DNA of 62,988 nt, the filler included, from Globobulimina sp. (taxonomy: Eukaryota), in NCBI GenBank assembly GCA_003354225.1. It is 18 parts of 18 records of this genome, joined end to end, with 100 filler letters (N's around TTAATTAATTAA, not from the genome) between each part and the next. Parts side by side here need not be neighbours in the genome. Positions count along the whole stretch, not along the records: positions 21,039 to 24,443 come from PIVH01002880.1; positions 24,544 to 27,948 come from PIVH01002881.1; positions 28,049 to 31,453 come from PIVH01002882.1; positions 31,554 to 34,958 come from PIVH01002883.1; 14 more parts are not named here. One strand, 5' to 3'. The notes beneath the pieces are model-generated. The model saw nothing but the letters and a program-made list of their open reading frames with translations, searched no databases and was not told where the DNA came from. Every line of letters begins with the position of its first letter. Within the stretch, counting starts at the first letter, position 1. This document shows positions 21,691-33,556 of the stretch, piece by piece. The position numbers were made by a program, and so were the translations under genes.

Positions 21691-23676
21691 ATGTCAGATA
21701 AAAAAAAGAAGAAACAAGCAGCATCCGTCCAGATTTATGCTCGTGTCCGTAAATTAATGCCATGGGAACCAACCAAGATATCAGTCAAAATATTAAACCA
21801 AACATCTGTGCAAAATAAAACAGATAAAAAAACAGCACAATATACGTTTTCACATATTTTCAATATGACAAAAACAAACGAGGATATATACCGTGTGATG
21901 GGCAAACCATTGGTTCGCAAAGTATTAGAAGGCTTCAATGCTGTATTAATCGCATATGGTCAAACCGGCAGTGGTAAGACCCATACATTGGTCGGCAAGC
22001 CAGAGCAAAACGTAATGGGCGTATTACCGTTTATGTTGCAAGAACTATACCATTCAGAATCAGTGCAACAACTCTCTGTTTCCGGCGTTGAAGCCTACGG
22101 TACACACGTTTCTCGAATAGAATTATATGACTTATTTAATCCAACCAATCTCGAACAAGATTGGACCAAAAAAAAAGGTCAAGGTGGCCTAGAACCAAAA
22201 AAAGCCACTGGCAAAATAGTGGACCAGTTAGAAGATTGTTGGGTTCGCATCAACGAAGCTCACGATGCTTCACATTTTGCGCCCACTGGAAAAAACCCTG
22301 AGTCTAGTCGAGGCCATGTCGGCTTTGTCACTAAAATCCAACAAGAGAACCCAGCCAATGGTACTATCACGACCTCCTATCTAATCGTGGTGGATTTAGC
22401 CGGCAGCGAAGGCGAAAGTGCATTCACGCCGGAATTTGTCAAGAAAGTGGATCCACCGACATTAATGGCGAGGAGATTAGAAGCCGGCTGTATCAATACG
22501 GGTTTATCGCAGTTACAGGTTGTTTTTAATGAATTAAAAGTCAAAGGCAAACTATCCAAATCGCGCGGTACTGGTTTACGCCGTATCTTACATGCATATA
22601 TTAACAGCAATTGCATGATCAGTGTAATGTTTACGTTGTCGCCTGCTTTTACCAACAGAAGCACCACTGAGTCCACCCTCAAATTCGCAGTGCAAGCGGG
22701 AATGGTGAAGGTGAAGCCAGTTAAGGCCAAAGCACGCGTTAACTATAAAGCATTGGTGGCGGAGTTACAGAAACACGTTGCTGAGCAGACTGAGTTAATC
22801 GAGGAATTAAACGATAATATCGAGAAATTAACGGATAAAAATGGTGATTTTGAGCATAAAATCAAGCAATTAAGTGCTAAATTAGCGAGCGGTGTGCAAG
22901 TGGATGCGAATACGAATGACATTGGCATTGCAGACGCAGAAAAACAGAGAAGGAGATTACAAAAAAAGGCATTTAAGCGGCATACCTCGCGAATGCCAGA
23001 CACGTTGCAGAGTGATCTGAATGTATTCAATGCCGCACACGATTCGGATGATGATGGGGATGGATATGTGCAGTTAAGTGCGGATGATCAGAAATCGATG
23101 GTTGCCAACAACTTATCCGCTACCAAAGTGGACTCAGATATTAAACGGATCCATGCGTATCGGAAATCCGCGGCGATTGATACTAATATGTTGAACCACT
23201 CCATTCGGAAAACCACCACGTTACGCAATTATAAGGGGGATAGTGGGAGTAAGGTGGCGCAGACATTTCAGGTGGATTTGAGTGCTGCGTATGGTGATTT
23301 GGATGATGATAAATGGGAGGATGAGGAGGAGGATGATCCGGATAATATACCTTCGTTTAGTGATATTAAAGAGAGGCAGAATACGATAAAAGCGTCGTTG
23401 GTGGGACAGAGCAATTTGTTTGATGATAATCAATATGAGAACAAGGAGGAGGATGAGGATGATTATAATGGAGATTTTCAGACGTTTACGGTGATGGATA
23501 CAGCTGCAATGGAGCGGGATGAGTTAATTGATTATTGTGATCAGTTGGAATCGAAGTTAATTGAAGAGAAGACCTTAAGATATGGCTTACAGAAATCGCA
23601 ACAGGTTATCATTGATCATTTGATGGAAACCAATGAAGCGTTGTTACAATGGTTTAAAATTAAAAAAATATTGTAA
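21691..23676 (+). CDS. N-terminal-motor kinesin with coiled coil and acidic tail
   Basis: YARVR, AYGQTGSGKT (P-loop), NPESSRGH (switch I), VDLAGSE (switch II), STLKFA; intronless. Confidence 0.93.
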   Translation: MSDKKKKKQAASVQIYARVRKLMPWEPTKISVKILNQTSVQNKTDKKTAQYTFSHIFNMTKTNEDIYRVMGKPLVRKVLEGFNAVLIAYGQTGSGKTHTLVGKPEQNVMGVLPFMLQELYHSESVQQLSVSGVEAYGTHVSRIELYDLFNPTNLEQDWTKKKGQGGLEPKKATGKIVDQLEDCWVRINEAHDASHFAPTGKNPESSRGHVGFVTKIQQENPANGTITTSYLIVVDLAGSEGESAFTPEFVKKVDPPTLMARRLEAGCINTGLSQLQVVFNELKVKGKLSKSRGTGLRRILHAYINSNCMISVMFTLSPAFTNRSTTESTLKFAVQAGMVKVKPVKAKARVNYKALVAELQKHVAEQTELIEELNDNIEKLTDKNGDFEHKIKQLSAKLASGVQVDANTNDIGIADAEKQRRRLQKKAFKRHTSRMPDTLQSDLNVFNAAHDSDDDGDGYVQLSADDQKSMVANNLSATKVDSDIKRIHAYRKSAAIDTNMLNHSIRKTTTLRNYKGDSGSKVAQTFQVDLSAAYGDLDDDKWEDEEEDDPDNIPSFSDIKERQNTIKASLVGQSNLFDDNQYENKEEDEDDYNGDFQTFTVMDTAAMERDELIDYCDQLESKLIEEKTLRYGLQKSQQVIIDHLMETNEALLQWFKIKKIL

Positions 23677-23843
23677 AATTTATAACTTATAACTCTGTTA
23701 TGTGTATTTTGTGTTTGTTTTGTTTGTTGTTGGAAATATGGATCTTATATATTTTTTATTATTTTTCTGCCATAATACTTGCAATTGATATATTATGACT
23801 CACTATTATCGAATTGAACCCTGCCACAATATGAAGTTTAGTG

Positions 23844-24443
23844 ATGGCGTCTAAATATCCAAGTGTCTTTGCGGATACGGTAGAATTACAGTTTGGAGTG
23901 ACATTAGACATACAATATGCATTATGTCCATCAAGATACGTATGTTGGGGATTAGCATTTTACGTACTGTCCATCGCGTGTTTTCAACCAGGAAAAAAAT
24001 CAAAACAACCCAAACCAGTAAAATCAACTAAGAAACAGCGTAAATTTGGCCCAATTGAAGCTGTCATCTTTGTTCATAATTTAGTATTAGCAATTTTTAG
24101 TTTATTATGTTTTGTGAATACTGGACCCATTGTTTTTAACTTATTTAAAACCTATGGATTTCGTGATGGAGTGTGCAATTTTCATACCATTTATGATGCA
24201 CAAGTGTCAACATTTGGTTATTGGTCCTATTTATTTTATTTATCAAAATATTGGGAATTCATTGATACGTGGATTGTTGTATGCATTTCTCATTTCTTTG
24301 CCATCAGAGTCCAACGGATCAAATCTCCGATATAATGATGCATTTTTTGACCAGATTTCATTAATTCTGTTTCTGAGCTCGTTGGATACTCTGTATTTTA
24401 CATAATATGAACTCATATTAAAATACATAGATTGCGCGAGGAC
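23844..24443 (+). CDS. GNS1/SUR4 (ELO) fatty-acid elongase, 3'-partial
   Basis: HNLVLAIFS and WSYLFYLSKYWEFIDT motifs, then an intron and the contig end. Confidence 0.9.
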
Positions 24444-24573
24444 NNNNNNNNNNNNNNNNNNNNNNNNNNNNNNNNNNNNNNNNNNNNTTAATTAATTAAN
24501 NNNNNNNNNNNNNNNNNNNNNNNNNNNNNNNNNNNNNNNNNNNTCAATCATATTTATTCTATGTGTCTGTACA

Positions 24574-25791
24574 TTGGTGGCATTTTACATAAAATGGAGA
24601 CGGGTTGTTTATTATCAGCCGTTGATAACCAACACTCGAATTGATGCGTCGGTGCCTTTGAAATTGAATGTATGCGATGCTGTCAATGGAATCATTATGT
24701 TATCCATCACCAATTTAACCACAGCACAAATTGAAAACAATCGCCTTAACTTCGAATTAAATATCTCGTCCAATGACAATAATAAATCATATTCCATCAT
24801 TTTTAATGAATATAAATTGCATTTAAAAATGGCTTCGCCGCCTGCACTTTTTGTCAGATTTGCATTGAATTTGAATAATTATAAAATAAAATTCAAACTC
24901 CGATATAAATTATCATCAAAACAAAAATGGTCCGCAAACTATTCGACTCAACATATCATAGACATTCCTTCCTTAATTACGTCCTCTTTTGTCGTCAACG
25001 ATATTGTTGACTTTCGTGAGAAAAAAGATTTTTATCTGAAACAAGGAATTATTGTACAAACATTAGAAGATAATTATTTTGCAATTGCAGAAAGAAAACG
25101 GATTCAACAAATGGAGGACACTGAAAATATCCAAGATATAGTCATTACTGTGCATAAATCGCGCATTTTAGGGAAAAAAATACATTTATACTGCATTATT
25201 GACACAGCTAAATATGTTAATAATACTTTAACTAATTTCTTGTTACTGCGATCAACGGATATCGGATTAAACAAAATGTTTAATAAATTGACCAATGTTT
25301 ACGAAGATTATGCAACAAAATATGTATCCGATACAGAGGAGGAATGTAATATGTATTATATCGGAAAATATGTTGCAAAAAATATAATGGAATATTTATA
25401 TTTTGACGGAAATAATCGATTTATGTTAGATTGTTTGGTGAATTCTAATGATGGCGTTATGAATATGTACGAAGCAAGGCATTATATCATAAATTCAAGA
25501 ATTGAGTCGTTGCGAAATAATGTGATTGATAAGTCAGACTTGTCATATGTGGACAATTTGAGTGAGAGATGTGATATTTGTAATGTAGAGATAAGTAAAT
25601 TTGACTGGATTTTGAAATGCCAGCAAAGTATGTGCGATTATCACGTGATGTGCTCAATGTGTGGCAATAATGTTGTTATACAATACATTCAATTAACGCG
25701 AGTGTTAAAAGATATTTTGAGATTTTATTTAAATGATGATTGTATTCATGAAGTTGTGTCGTTTACTGTTGCATCAATTGTTCAATTATAA
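24574..25791 (+). CDS. Hypothetical protein with C-terminal Cys/His (ZZ/RING-like) cluster
   Basis: 405-aa ORF; CDIC-x11-C-x4-C-x2-H-x2-CSMC near C-terminus; start uncertain. Confidence 0.6.
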   Translation: MVAFYIKWRRVVYYQPLITNTRIDASVPLKLNVCDAVNGIIMLSITNLTTAQIENNRLNFELNISSNDNNKSYSIIFNEYKLHLKMASPPALFVRFALNLNNYKIKFKLRYKLSSKQKWSANYSTQHIIDIPSLITSSFVVNDIVDFREKKDFYLKQGIIVQTLEDNYFAIAERKRIQQMEDTENIQDIVITVHKSRILGKKIHLYCIIDTAKYVNNTLTNFLLLRSTDIGLNKMFNKLTNVYEDYATKYVSDTEEECNMYYIGKYVAKNIMEYLYFDGNNRFMLDCLVNSNDGVMNMYEARHYIINSRIESLRNNVIDKSDLSYVDNLSERCDICNVEISKFDWILKCQQSMCDYHVMCSMCGNNVVIQYIQLTRVLKDILRFYLNDDCIHEVVSFTVASIVQL

Positions 25792-25917
25792 ATTGTGTGC
25801 ATATTTTATTAATTCTACATTTCTACACTCCGATTTTAGCAAAGTTTTCATCTAAAGTCTTTGGACCATACGTACTTTGATCAGCTATTCATACCTTCAA
25901 TATAATATATTATCAAT

Positions 25918-27757
25918 ATGTCTATTCGCTTGAATGTTGGCGATGCAGTTCTTGTTATGATAAAGACTTCCAATTCAAAAAAAGCAAAAGCAGAAGTAAT
26001 TGGAGTTATTAAGTATATTGGCGGTATTCATGGTTGTGACATGACAACAGAATATGTAGGAATTGAATTTACCGAACCGGTTCAAAATGGTCACAATGGC
26101 TCCATTGCTGGATATCAATAGTTATTCTTTTTTTGTATTATCTTTCTATAAATATATTAAAATTTAAAAATATATTAAAAACAAATGATAGTTTCACATC
26201 GACAAAAGGTCATGGTTTCCATACAAAAATATCATCAGTTATTCGGAAATTATCATCACTTGAATTAGTTACGCGATTAAGAGAGACATTGGCATTATCT
26301 ACAAAACAAAAGACATATATTCAAAAATTAGAACAGACTCTTTTTCAAACCTCAAGTAAAATGAATCACATTTATCAACATCCTCCATCTGGTATGCAAT
26401 TACAACAAAAAAACAACGTTTGCCCAAACAACAAATTATCTCAAAGTGTTTCTCAAATACAAAAGGTGCCTCATCAAAGCGTACATCTTTAATGTTCAGT
26501 GAGTTCGATTCATTGTATCTACGGCGAGAATCTATCTCATTGACAGCAACAATTGGTACAAAATCAACACCCAATGACAGTGTGAAAAGCATTCATCGTA
26601 AAAAACCACATCATTTCCCATCAAGTCGACGAACTGTATGTGCAATAAATTCTATTTTTTATACATTCCATAATCATTTTGTATCATCGTAACTATATAA
26701 CACACAGAGCGCAAGCAGTACACGTACAGTATCATCATCCTCTTCAAGTATGTCGAAATGTATGAAATTTTAAGTTACTTAAGCTTTCCAGTGAAAAGTA
26801 TTTTGACCATGTCAACCATGCAAAAATGGCAGCTTATCAACACCATAAATTTCATACATTTTGCGCAACCTTTGACTATAAGCATCATCATATGATTCAT
26901 CCACAAGTGTCTATACAAACGATACATTATCGACTGTCGTCCATCGTCAAAACAAATTAAAAAAACGTAACGGCAGCAAAAGTAAAGGTATAAAAAGTAA
27001 AGCCCAAAAACAAGAAAAAAAAGTAAAGCGATGGTCCCCTTTCAAATCCAACCGATCAAAAAGTTCGAACCATATCGTTGGTAATAGAACCAGCAGGAAT
27101 CTCGAAAAAAGTATGATGAAACGTGAGAAAAATATGAGTGTTATCTATACGAATGCATTTATACCGTCTGGATATGTCCAGTCGCGATCACCGTCACCAT
27201 TGCCTGAGCATAATCCATCATTTGACCATAGAAACCGTTCAGTTTCACACATACTGCCACCAAATGCGCCGGTTTTAGCACAGTCGCGGTCAACACCTCA
27301 TATTAATACATTTAGAATGGATACATCACCAACACCATCATCGTCATATCACCATAGCCTACAAATAAATGTGCCGCAAATTGATACATGGACACCGCAA
27401 CATCGATTATCACCATCATGTACACCATCGTGTATTACGCCTATTTCACCATTAAATGAGACATATACAGTTGAGCCACACACTGCTTATTGTGATTTAC
27501 TGCAACAACAACAGCAGCAACAGCAACAACAGAAACAGCAACAACAACAGCTATTGATACCGATTTCAGTTCAGTATAATGGAATGAATGGACAGCCATC
27601 ATTTTCTGGACAACGAACTGGACAAAGAACACAAAAACACTCCGTTATGTCTTACAATTCACATCATTCCCCACCCAATCTCTCGCTCAATAATCTTCCG
27701 CATGCGGCTATGTATTATAATTATAATAATGTTAATTCTTACAACTTATCTAAATAA
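25918..27757 (+). CDS. CAP-Gly domain protein with long S/P/Q-rich disordered tail (multi-exon)
   Basis: LNVGDAV..GVIKYIG..YVGIEF..GHNGSIAGYQY. Intron 26121-26191 completes FTSTKGHGF; further introns inferred; polyQ at ~27503-27550. Confidence 0.75.
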
Positions 27758-28048
27758 TGTATTTTGTTTTATATTTTATTATTTTTGTATACAAAAAATA
27801 ATTATTCACCTTTCTCTGTCGTATTTATAAGTATTTGGGTTTTCTTTTTTTTAAAACAAACTCGAATTGGTTTATTTATTCCATTTTTTACTTTTCTCTT
27901 TGATTTTAATTGTTTTTTTTTATCCGTTAATTTATATTTATATTTCATNNNNNNNNNNNNNNNNNNNNNNNNNNNNNNNNNNNNNNNNNNNNTTAATTAA
28001 TTAANNNNNNNNNNNNNNNNNNNNNNNNNNNNNNNNNNNNNNNNNNNN

Positions 28049-31000
28049 TATTAGCAAATGGATGATGGTAAAACGTATATATCGGGAACACACGTTCCAG
28101 AAAACGTTTATTTCTATCCATCAGGAACAATTTTAGGACACACTGTACTCGCTGCGAAGATTAGGTCAGCCACAAATCGTGGTTTGATCTCGAGTACGAG
28201 TGTTGCCGCTATCGCGGCTTTGATCAAACAAAAGTTGATTAATCCATATGGCAATGCAAAAGGAATCAATATCGATTTACTTGCATTAAGCAACGCCTAC
28301 ACCAAAGCCAAAGCGTATGAAGAGAACCATGAAGATCACGAATTGGTCGATCATGCGGATTTAGCGGGTTTGCTATCGAACACGTTATGGTTTGAGAAGA
28401 CCCTCGGTTCGCGCAGACAGGCGACATGGGATAAGAGGTTAGATTTATTTGACATTCCATCTCAAATCGATAGATGGGACTTTCCAAACCCACCACCACC
28501 AAACGAACCAGAGTCCCGTCCAAGACGAGAGGAGTCAGACAGTGATGCAGTTGATGGAGAAGGAGAGGCAGTGGAAGTAGAGGAGGACAAAGATGAAGTG
28601 GCAGAAGATTCAGACGTGGACAGTATCTTTGCCATGGATGATAATGAGATAAAAATTGATGTCGAGAAAGAGGGTCATAAAAGTCACAAAAAGATTGATG
28701 ACATCGCAAATATTAGAAAACGAATCTCTATGTTTAAAGATTCACAATTTGTGAAAGCTGATGCTGCCAAAGTGTATGAAAAAGAATTTAAGAAACGATA
28801 TAAAGTCGTTATTAATTATCGTCTGGAAATGCTCAAAAATTTAGCAAAACATGAAAAAAAGGAGACAGTTAAATATGTAGATTATGCACATCATTTTAAT
28901 GCATACAATCACCGAATGACTCAATATTTGGTGAACTTTCGCATTTTTTATCATTTACCACCGGCATCGGTCAAATTCGTGCGTTTATTGAATACGAAGG
29001 AAGACATTTTAAAACAAACCATTATCGATACGTATTATAAACAATTTTTATTTTTAGAAGAGAAGAAATTCATTGATAAAAAGGGAAAACGCATCAAAGA
29101 ATATACCTCTTTGGATGTAATACCGAAGGAATTATATAAAACAAAGAGAAATAAAGTGATTTTTAATGGTGGCGATGATGAACGAAGCAAGAAACGAAAG
29201 GATCCGTGGGAGGAATTGGATGATTATAAACCAAAGAAAAAGAGACGTCGTATTGATACGTTCTCTGACGTTGATGATGAAATTGAATTTTTACCAGATT
29301 CATTTCCATCGACGACCACATCCTCAACACATCCACGTGACCCGTATGTACGTAATTTGATCGCTCAAACAAACAAATTAGCGAATTACATTGGCATTAT
29401 TGAGTCAAACAAGAATAAATCGCCACAGAAGCAATCTGTCGATGAAATGTTAAGGGATCAGACCACTGTGGGTTTTGAAACAATTGCCAAAAACACAGAG
29501 AATTATCAAAATAAATTCAATCAACAAGATATTTATCAACGAATGATGAACCATGACAGCAACAAGAATGTAGTCAGTGATATTCAAGGTTTGTAGGATC
29601 TGTATCCTATATTTTCATGTGAGTCGTGTGGATAATACGGTTATTCACAATCTTTTTGTATGACTTTGGGATAAATTTTGTTTTCACACAAAATTTAATG
29701 TTTTATCTGGAGTAAAACTGTAAATTTGACTAGATTTTATTGCAAAATGAGTCATTAATTCGTGAGTTAACCAATAAATACAAGTTCAACATAAGAATAT
29801 GTATGAACAGAGAACGTATTTTTGGTCATACAAAAATGTACAAAAATAGAATTGTTTTGACATTTTTCAGTTATAAATGTAAACAGAAACAGTACAATTT
29901 AATTGTTTACATTTTCAGATTCCGCCTCAGACGATGAGCTAGCAAGTAATAAGAAAGCGAATAAGATGAAAACAAGCAAACCAATCAAATCGCAAACGGA
30001 TTTATTGATGTTTTTATGGAGAGTGAATCGCAAATCATTTACAAATATTATGTTTGGAATAATGAGAAATGCAAAAAAGACTCAACATTATATTTTAGCA
30101 AATAGAACAACGACAATTAATAATATTTTCAAAGATAAATCAAATATCTCAGTTTATTTTGATGAAGCACTGAAAATTATGAATCTATGGTTACTGTGTT
30201 TGAGCAATCATAGAAAAGAATTATTCAGAAACACATAACAAAAATTAAGCCATCGGACGAAGTGGACCGTTTTGTGAGAATGTTGAACGTAGAAAGCAAT
30301 GATTGGCAACAAGCAAGAATTATTTTGACACCTTTAATTTTGGATAATTCATTGAATGAACATTTATTTTATTTATTTGTCAATGAATCAATTTCAATTT
30401 CAATTGTCGCAGTAACGAAATCAATTTCAATTGTGATGGCATTTCAAAATGTCACTTTGAGATCGAATTTAGAGACAGAGAAGGTATATGTTCAAAGATT
30501 ATGAACATGTGAAATTATTAAAGACACAAAAGACCATCGCGGAGCATAGAAATGCAATGAATAATACTGCTCAGCCAAATTTTAGTAACAATCATTTCAG
30601 AACTCAACAAACAACACAAGGACGACAATTTGAGCCAACCACAAACAATCAAACACAACACAGACAACGATCAGTCGCCCTCTCCCAAAATCAAAAAGAT
30701 GCAAGAGTCAAAAGGATAAATTCATGGATTGCCACAACTAAACCATTATTAAAGGAAGAGTTTAAGAATAAATTGAATGGTGATTTCTGCGCCGGATATC
30801 ATATGGACTCAGAAAAGTGCTTCGCCACCGGTCAATGTGCAGAACTGGAGGACGTACGAGAGTTCATCACTGTATTTGTGGTGATGCAACACACACAATT
30901 CCACATTGCAGAAAAATTTACAAATAATTGATGTTTTAATTCCAAATTGATTTAGTTTATATTGACAAATCTTTGAATTTTGTTCTTAATTTATTTTTGA

Positions 31001-31453
31001 TTTAATGATAATTATGGAGGTACATTGACATGACATTTTGTTCAAAATGTCATGCGTAAACTCATAATTCACTTTAACTTTTTAAAAAAACGAAACTTGT
31101 ATATGATTATCAAACTACTTAGCAAGAATTATCCCGAAACTTTCGGCGATCGACAGAGACTGCGCTGATTCACTCCAGGAATTAGTCGACCTCTGGTCAC
31201 ACCCACCGAGTATACCACAAAATTTCAATATCAACCTTTTTAAGGACTATTTGGCGGATCACCCGACTGGCGAAATTGAAATAAAATACTTCGAAGATGG
31301 TTTTCCACTCTGGTTAAAGAAACGAGACCCGTTGAAAGTGATACTTAATAGAATGGTAAAAGAGGCGAAAAAATGTTATATCACAGCCAGTAAGAAACGA
31401 TTACATTATACAGTAGTGTTCCCGATAAGAGGTACGAATATTAGTACTAATAT
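28049..31453 (+). mobile_element. Decayed DIRS/Ngaro-like (tyrosine recombinase) retrotransposon, gag end and start of pol
   Basis: Frameshifted Cys/His knuckle CAGYH..C..C / RVHHCICGDATHTIPHC (~30788-30910), then PQNFNINLFKDYLADHPT..YFEDGFP and LNRMVKE, resembling the pre-RT region of DIRS pol. Multiple stops and frameshifts. Confidence 0.5.
28058..29596 (+). CDS. Large charged ORF, possibly ORF1/gag of the DIRS-like element
   Basis: 512-aa ORF; possible intron 29589-29918 joins in frame to the 29903 ORF. Confidence 0.5.
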   Translation: MDDGKTYISGTHVPENVYFYPSGTILGHTVLAAKIRSATNRGLISSTSVAAIAALIKQKLINPYGNAKGINIDLLALSNAYTKAKAYEENHEDHELVDHADLAGLLSNTLWFEKTLGSRRQATWDKRLDLFDIPSQIDRWDFPNPPPPNEPESRPRREESDSDAVDGEGEAVEVEEDKDEVAEDSDVDSIFAMDDNEIKIDVEKEGHKSHKKIDDIANIRKRISMFKDSQFVKADAAKVYEKEFKKRYKVVINYRLEMLKNLAKHEKKETVKYVDYAHHFNAYNHRMTQYLVNFRIFYHLPPASVKFVRLLNTKEDILKQTIIDTYYKQFLFLEEKKFIDKKGKRIKEYTSLDVIPKELYKTKRNKVIFNGGDDERSKKRKDPWEELDDYKPKKKRRRIDTFSDVDDEIEFLPDSFPSTTTSSTHPRDPYVRNLIAQTNKLANYIGIIESNKNKSPQKQSVDEMLRDQTTVGFETIAKNTENYQNKFNQQDIYQRMMNHDSNKNVVSDIQGL

Positions 31454-31958
31454 NNNNNNNNNNNNNNNNNNNNNNNNNNNNNNNNNNNNNNNNNNNNTTA
31501 ATTAATTAANNNNNNNNNNNNNNNNNNNNNNNNNNNNNNNNNNNNNNNNNNNNCACACATTTTCCGTTGAATTGTCATCATTTGAAAATAAATATAATTT
31601 TGAGTCAATTTTAGATAAAACCACATGGTATGTGCGGTTAAACCATGTACTCCAACCTTCTAACGTTAATAAACCAGATTTTGAACTGTCTTCAATTCGT
31701 TTTAAAAATGCTGTAATGTCTTTCAATTCACTTGCTGTGGTGTTTATGATACGAGCATTTCTGACGTGCAATGTTAGTTGATCCATCACAGCACAGTCTG
31801 CAGACCGACTCAGTTTTTTGCAAGCTTTTAATTATCTCATTGTGCTGTGTTGACGAAAGATAAACTTAGATGTTATAGAGAAAAAAAATAGATGCCTCAT
31901 TGTAAGTTAGTATGTAACGTACTAAAATATATAGAGACCTCATTGTAACCCAAAAATA

Positions 31959-33475
31959 TTAATTATTATATAATTTTAAATGCAATTGTAAACTTGGATA
32001 AGTGCAATTTGCATTAAATGCCACTGATGCATGATCAGCTGCACCCAATGAAGGTTGTTGATTAATAGTACCTGAATAACTGTTGTTACATAACTTACAT
32101 TCCATATTGTTTGAATTCTGATATGCTTTTATAAAATGAATAGTTAATGCTCCACCATTTAATTTAATTTGATAAACAACTTTTATATAATGAGTTCCAG
32201 TTGAATTATTAAAGAGTCTTTGCATGGTATATGAAACAATAAAATATTTACTTTCCATATTTCTTTTCAAATCAATTACTTTTCCAATTACATAACATTT
32301 CTTATTAAATAAAAATTTATTCAATGAATCTAATGTAACAAAACGTGCAGTAGTTCTATTGTTGTTATAGCTTAAATTGTGTTTTTTTAATAACGCTCCC
32401 GTCACATCCATTTTTATATATAATTTTCCTGTCAAATAAATATCATTCTGTTCTTTTACTAATCTTAAAATGTTACTCAAATGGTTTGCTTTAGAATACT
32501 GCAATACAATCCCCTCAGAACTATTCATAAACACATTCTGTTTCCGATTCGACGCCATCGATACCACACTTGCATTATCGACAAAAATCATACTTTTCAC
32601 ATTTTTTTGTTGGATGATCCCAGCATGTTTTAACATTCCGACTGAATCCAATTTATCATTTGATTCTGGATTTTTATATTTTTTAAATACCCATTTTCTT
32701 ATATTATCTTTACTATCTACAATATCTTGGGTGTTATACGAAATATCAAACGGTGATTTTGTCCATAATCCACTTTGAATAAATTTTATTCTCGATATTT
32801 CTTCATAACAAAATTGATTTGCAATCTTTTTCTTTAACTCTTCGTTTTCATTTAATAAATGTAATACTAATGATGATAAATCAGTTGTTTCTAAATTTAC
32901 ATATTTCTTTGTGAAATAATCACGTTTTAAATTTAATATATATGTACACCCTAAAAATTCATGCACAAAAATTATTTTTATTCCGTTTTTAATGTCATAT
33001 TCTTTTTCGATGTTATAACTATTGTTTTTAATAATATTTTGTATTATTTTTCCAATTAATTTTACTAAATGAACGGGTGAAACGTCATCATCATCATTGT
33101 CATCAACATCTTTTTCATCATTAAACTTTGCCTCTTCACAAAATGATTTATTTTTAATTGTATCTAGAAAGTTTAGTGTTGTTTCATATGAACAACATTC
33201 TTCAATAACATTGCATTTAAAGATAAAATTATTATTCTTCAAAATCTTTTTAATTGAAAGTATTTTATCTGTTCGTGAAATATTGGATAAAAATATATTG
33301 CAACGCAAAATTAAAATTATATACCTCTTCTTGGTTTGAATTGGACATTTGATTTGTCGTTAAAACCCCAATCGTATTGGATATTTGATTTGTCACTAGA
33401 TTTATTTGATTTGTCACTAGATTTATTTGATGTTGAATTCCAAGCGACTGTGTTTTTCTTCGAGGTTGAACTCAT
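31959..33475 (-). CDS. Hypothetical protein (2 exons)
   Basis: ATG 33475; exon 1 has a 21-nt tandem repeat (SNKSSDK x2); GT-AG intron 33324-33269 joins in frame to the 449-aa ORF. Confidence 0.65.
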
Positions 33476-33556
33476 GGTAAAGCAGAACTGCACTGCTGCA
33501 ATGTTTCGAATAATTAAACTGAAGTGATCAAAAAACTTTATAGTCATCTTTCGTTA

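Noticed and set aside
25918-27112. Alternative genetic code or stop read-through to explain broken ORFs
   Set aside because: Breaks are resolved by short canonical GT-AG introns wherever tested, and conserved genes end at TAA, TAG and TGA.
31959-33308. Giant-virus-derived intronless ORF
   Set aside because: A spliceosomal intron (33324-33269) links it to an upstream exon, and no viral hallmark gene is present.
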